Origin: the human T2T-CHM13v2.0 reference genome, Homo sapiens
DNA: 64,000 bases
Reading direction: 5' to 3' (one strand)
NCBI RefSeq assembly: GCF_009914755.1
Contig: NC_060929.1
Part shown: one piece after another, positions 61,143 to 64,000 of the stretch
Position numbering within the stretch: the stretch's first letter is position 1
Layout: the number at the start of each line of letters is the position of its first letter
Program-made: the position numbers and the translations under genes
The notes under the pieces: generated by a model
The model's input: the letters and a program-made list of their open reading frames with translations, nothing else
What the model was told of the DNA's origin: nothing
Databases searched by the model: none

Positions 61143-62070
61143 TGTTCAATGATACTTGTTAAAGCAATGTGAGGAAGAATTTATTCAGGCTCATGGTGAT
61201 ATGTATAGAAACAACTGCAACAGGGACTTGCAATGGAGGAAAAAGATTGAATTTAACTCCAATACGAGATAAGCAAGTACGAATTCATAGCCAAGAAGCT
61301 GGGTGGGGAGTCAGTAGATGGCAAGTGATATAAAAGGAAACATCAATGGTAAGGGGGATTCTGGTTGAACCAATATAACAGGATTCTTGCTGAAGGCAGA
61401 CCAGGGAGATAGGATATTCTGTGGGGGGATAATGGAGAATGTGAAATTCAATAAGATAGGGAGAATGATTAGATATCAAGATTTGGGGTTGTTAAAATTT
61501 CTGAGAGGCCATTGTTTTGGATTAGATTCCTGCACTAAGCCCCAGAAGACTGAAACAAACCAAACTGCTAAACGTCACTTCATCATGCTAAACGTCACGT
61601 AATCAAATGGAAATTTTAAAGAAACTGGTAAATCCCAAGATAGACTAGTTTTTTCCTGAAAACAGGAGACTTCAGTTCATCTGTTTTAGTTTAATAAGAA
61701 AGCCCCGTCTGCTTTAACCCTTGCAAGAACAGTAATCTGAAATAACTTGACTTTAACAAATCAGTTCAGATTTTTTCTCTTCTGTTTTCTTTTCCCAACT
61801 TACAAAACCTACTCTCCTGCCATTGCCCAGTGGGAACTCTGTCATGAGACTTTGTAGAATGAAAGGTGCCCTGATTCATTACTCACAAATAAAGCCAATG
61901 AGATCTTTAAACTAAGTTTGTTGTAATTTTGTCTTTTGACAGGGTTCTTGTTAAATCAATTTAGCAGAGTTTTTGGCTTTAAAACCAGATTTTACGGGTA
62001 AATACAAATGGGCCTAGGAGAAAGTTTAGAAGCTTAGAAGCTTCACTAAATTTTTGTCAGACAGTCTTTT
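61143..62070 (-). mobile_element. MER67/MER31-group ERV1 solo LTR, split by a second LTR
   Basis: TGTTCAATGATACTTGTTAAAGC...TTTATTCAGG; GGATTCTTGCTGAAGGCAG; second arm GGGCCTAGGAGAAAG...CTAAATTTTTGTCAGAC. Confidence 0.7.
61490..61941 (+). mobile_element. Nested ERV1 solo LTR (MER93/MER57-group-like; subfamily uncertain)
   Basis: TGTTAAAA...TTTTGACA termini, AATAAA near 3' end, perfect 4-bp TSD GGGT (61486-61489, 61942-61945). Confidence 0.8.
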
Positions 62071-62199
62071 TTTATATATATGTGTATATATATACATAAA
62101 CATATATATTATTAATATATAATTTTATTATATGCGAAGATACTAAAATATATATTTAAATTGTTCAGATAGTTAATGTAGAATTATCTCTCCTGCAAA

Positions 62200-62510
62200 C
62201 GAGTCCTGCCCCAATAACTTTCACAGACAAATTGTTTCCAATATAATAAGGAATAAATAATTCTGATTTAAATGATTATAAAATACAATTAAGAGGCAAA
62301 TTTTTCTAATACTATTCTTTTGAGAAGCTAGGGAAATACTGACTGAAAAGAAAACTGACAAAGATAGTGTCAATAAAGGAAACTATAGACCAATTACGAT
62401 TTTGAACATCTATATGATATTTAAATATAATATTCACAAATAGAACTCGGTAGCACAATAAGGAATAATAATGACTATAGTTCATCCTTGAAGTATGACA
62501 TTATTCAATA
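62200..62510 (+). mobile_element. Ancient L1M ORF2 fragment
   Basis: CTGACAAAGAT...GGAAACTATAGACCAATTACGATTTTGAACAT...CAAATAGAACTC resembles ORF2 [19 protein letters not shown]. Confidence 0.6.
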
Positions 62511-63215
62511 CTATATATGCCCTGGGTCTTCTTGACCACTTCCCAGATAGAGTCAATTTATCAAGACAGGGGAATTGCAATACAGAAAGAGTTTAGTACA
62601 CTGAGAGTCAGCTAAACAGGAAACTGGAGTTTTATCTTTATTCAAATCAGCCTCCCCCAAAATTTTGGGACTAGAGTTTTTCAAAGATAGTTTGATGGGC
62701 AGGGAGCTAGGCAATGGGTGCTGCTGACTGACTGGGGATGCAATCATAGGGATGTGGAAAATAGTCCTCATGCTGAGTTCACTTAGTGGGGGCCAGAGGA
62801 CCATTTGAGTCAAGAATCACCAGGGTGGGTGGGGCCAGATAGTGATCAGAATTGCAAAAAGCTGAAAAGACATTTCAAAGGCCAATCTTAGGTTCTGCAA
62901 TAGTGATGTTATTTACAGGAGTATCTGGGTAAATTGCAAATCTTGTGACCTCTGGAAAAAAGGCTGGTAATCATTTGACTATGCCTACATCTTAGCAGAA
63001 TTCAGACCTTACTCATCCTCTTAACCTGGTAACCTTTCAGTATTTTTACAAAGGCAGTTTAGTTTTGGTGAAGGACTATTATCATTTAAACTATAAACTA
63101 AATTTCTTCAAAAGTTAGCTTGGCCCACGCCCAGGGGTGACCAAGGGTAGTTTGGAGGCTAAAGGTGAGATCTCTTTAACTGTCATAATTTTCTCACTGT
63201 TATAATTTTTGCAAA
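62510..63215 (-). mobile_element. LTR8A/B-like ERV1 solo LTR
   Basis: TTTATCAAGACAGGGGAATTGCAAT...TTTAAACTATAAACTAAATT...CTGTCATAATTTTCTCACTGTTATAATTTTTGCAAA. Confidence 0.75.
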
Positions 63216-63339
63216 TATTTTTATTTGCAAAATAAAATAATTTTATTAAAAAAATTATTTTATTTTCCAGGATATAAGTATATCCCTTTCCAAACATTAC
63301 CAAAAAAAAATAATAATAATAACTTCTTTTAGAACCTAT

Positions 63340-63680
63340 AAAGTTGTTTAACCTTCTTTCACTTTCTCAATGTGTCTGTCCTGGCCACTTTATCTAAATT
63401 TGCAACCCTCCTTTCTCTTCACTTCACACTCCCATACCCTGATATATTTTTGTCCTTAGCAGTAAACACATGCCACCATGATGTATATCTTAACAGTTTA
63501 TTTTTTCTCATATTCTTGATTCTCTCACCTTAGTAGAATGTAAGGTCCATGAAGGCAAGGAGTTTTGCCCACTTTTTTGTTGTTGTTCCTCCCTGGCCCC
63601 CACCAGGATGTAACATTAGTGCCTGAGTGGTATTTAGTAGGTCTTCACTATACATTGGTTGAATAAATGAATACGTGAAT
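63340..63680 (+). mobile_element. L2a 3' end
   Basis: TAGAATGTAAGGTCCATGAAGGCAAGGA...AGTGCCTG...GTTGAATAAATGAAT. Confidence 0.7.
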
Positions 63681-63819
63681 TTTCCTAATATATATATTTT
63701 TAAAATTAACAACTATTCTTCATATAAAAACTTCAGCAAAATATAATTATATTGTAACTGAATATCCTATTTTTAAAAAATTGTTTTTTTCCATTTCCTT
63801 TCCTTTTTCATTTTTTCTC

Positions 63820-64000
63820 TTTCCCCTTGTGTGATTGCTTAGCTCTGTAGAAATGCAAATGTAACCTTTACCCTCCTTTCTTTCCAACACACCCTCCCCT
63901 GCAAACACTACTGGCTCTTCTAGTTATATGTTCGCTTAGAAGTTCCGAGGACCAAATCTTGAAACAAACTAGGCACCTTCCAGAATTCTCCCCAACCAGG
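63820..64000 (+). mobile_element. MER39/MER34-group LTR fragment running off the window
   Basis: TGTAGAAATGCAAATGTAACC...TTATATGTTCGCTTAGAAGTTCCGAGGACCAAATCTTGAAACAAAC. Confidence 0.45.

Overview
AT-rich, repeat-dense primate genomic DNA, intergenic or deep-intronic. AluY copies and an L1PA2-type element point to a human/great-ape genome. I recognise no host protein-coding exon, RNA gene or CRISPR array, and I see no convincing new biological system. The only real protein-coding sequence is a decayed LINE-1 (L1PA2-like, minus strand, 36723-42318) inserted into a MER33 DNA transposon with a perfect 16-bp TSD. The rest is 10 Alus, many solo LTRs (MaLR, ERVL, ERV1), L2/MIR/old L1M fragments, MER2 and microsatellites. 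The most interesting observations are structural: (1) the L1 has lost ~0.5 kb covering the ORF1 coiled-coil, with an inverted templated 10-mer at the junction; (2) it carries a short apparent 3' transduction between two A-rich tails; (3) a chimeric AluSp/AluY has intact TSDs; (4) a 63/66-bp non-repeat segment is duplicated 2.4 kb apart with reciprocal CpG decay; (5) there is a four-layer L2>MER54>THE1>Alu nest. Repeat subfamily names come from my recall of consensus sequences and need RepeatMasker/Dfam confirmation. Boundaries of old elements are approximate.
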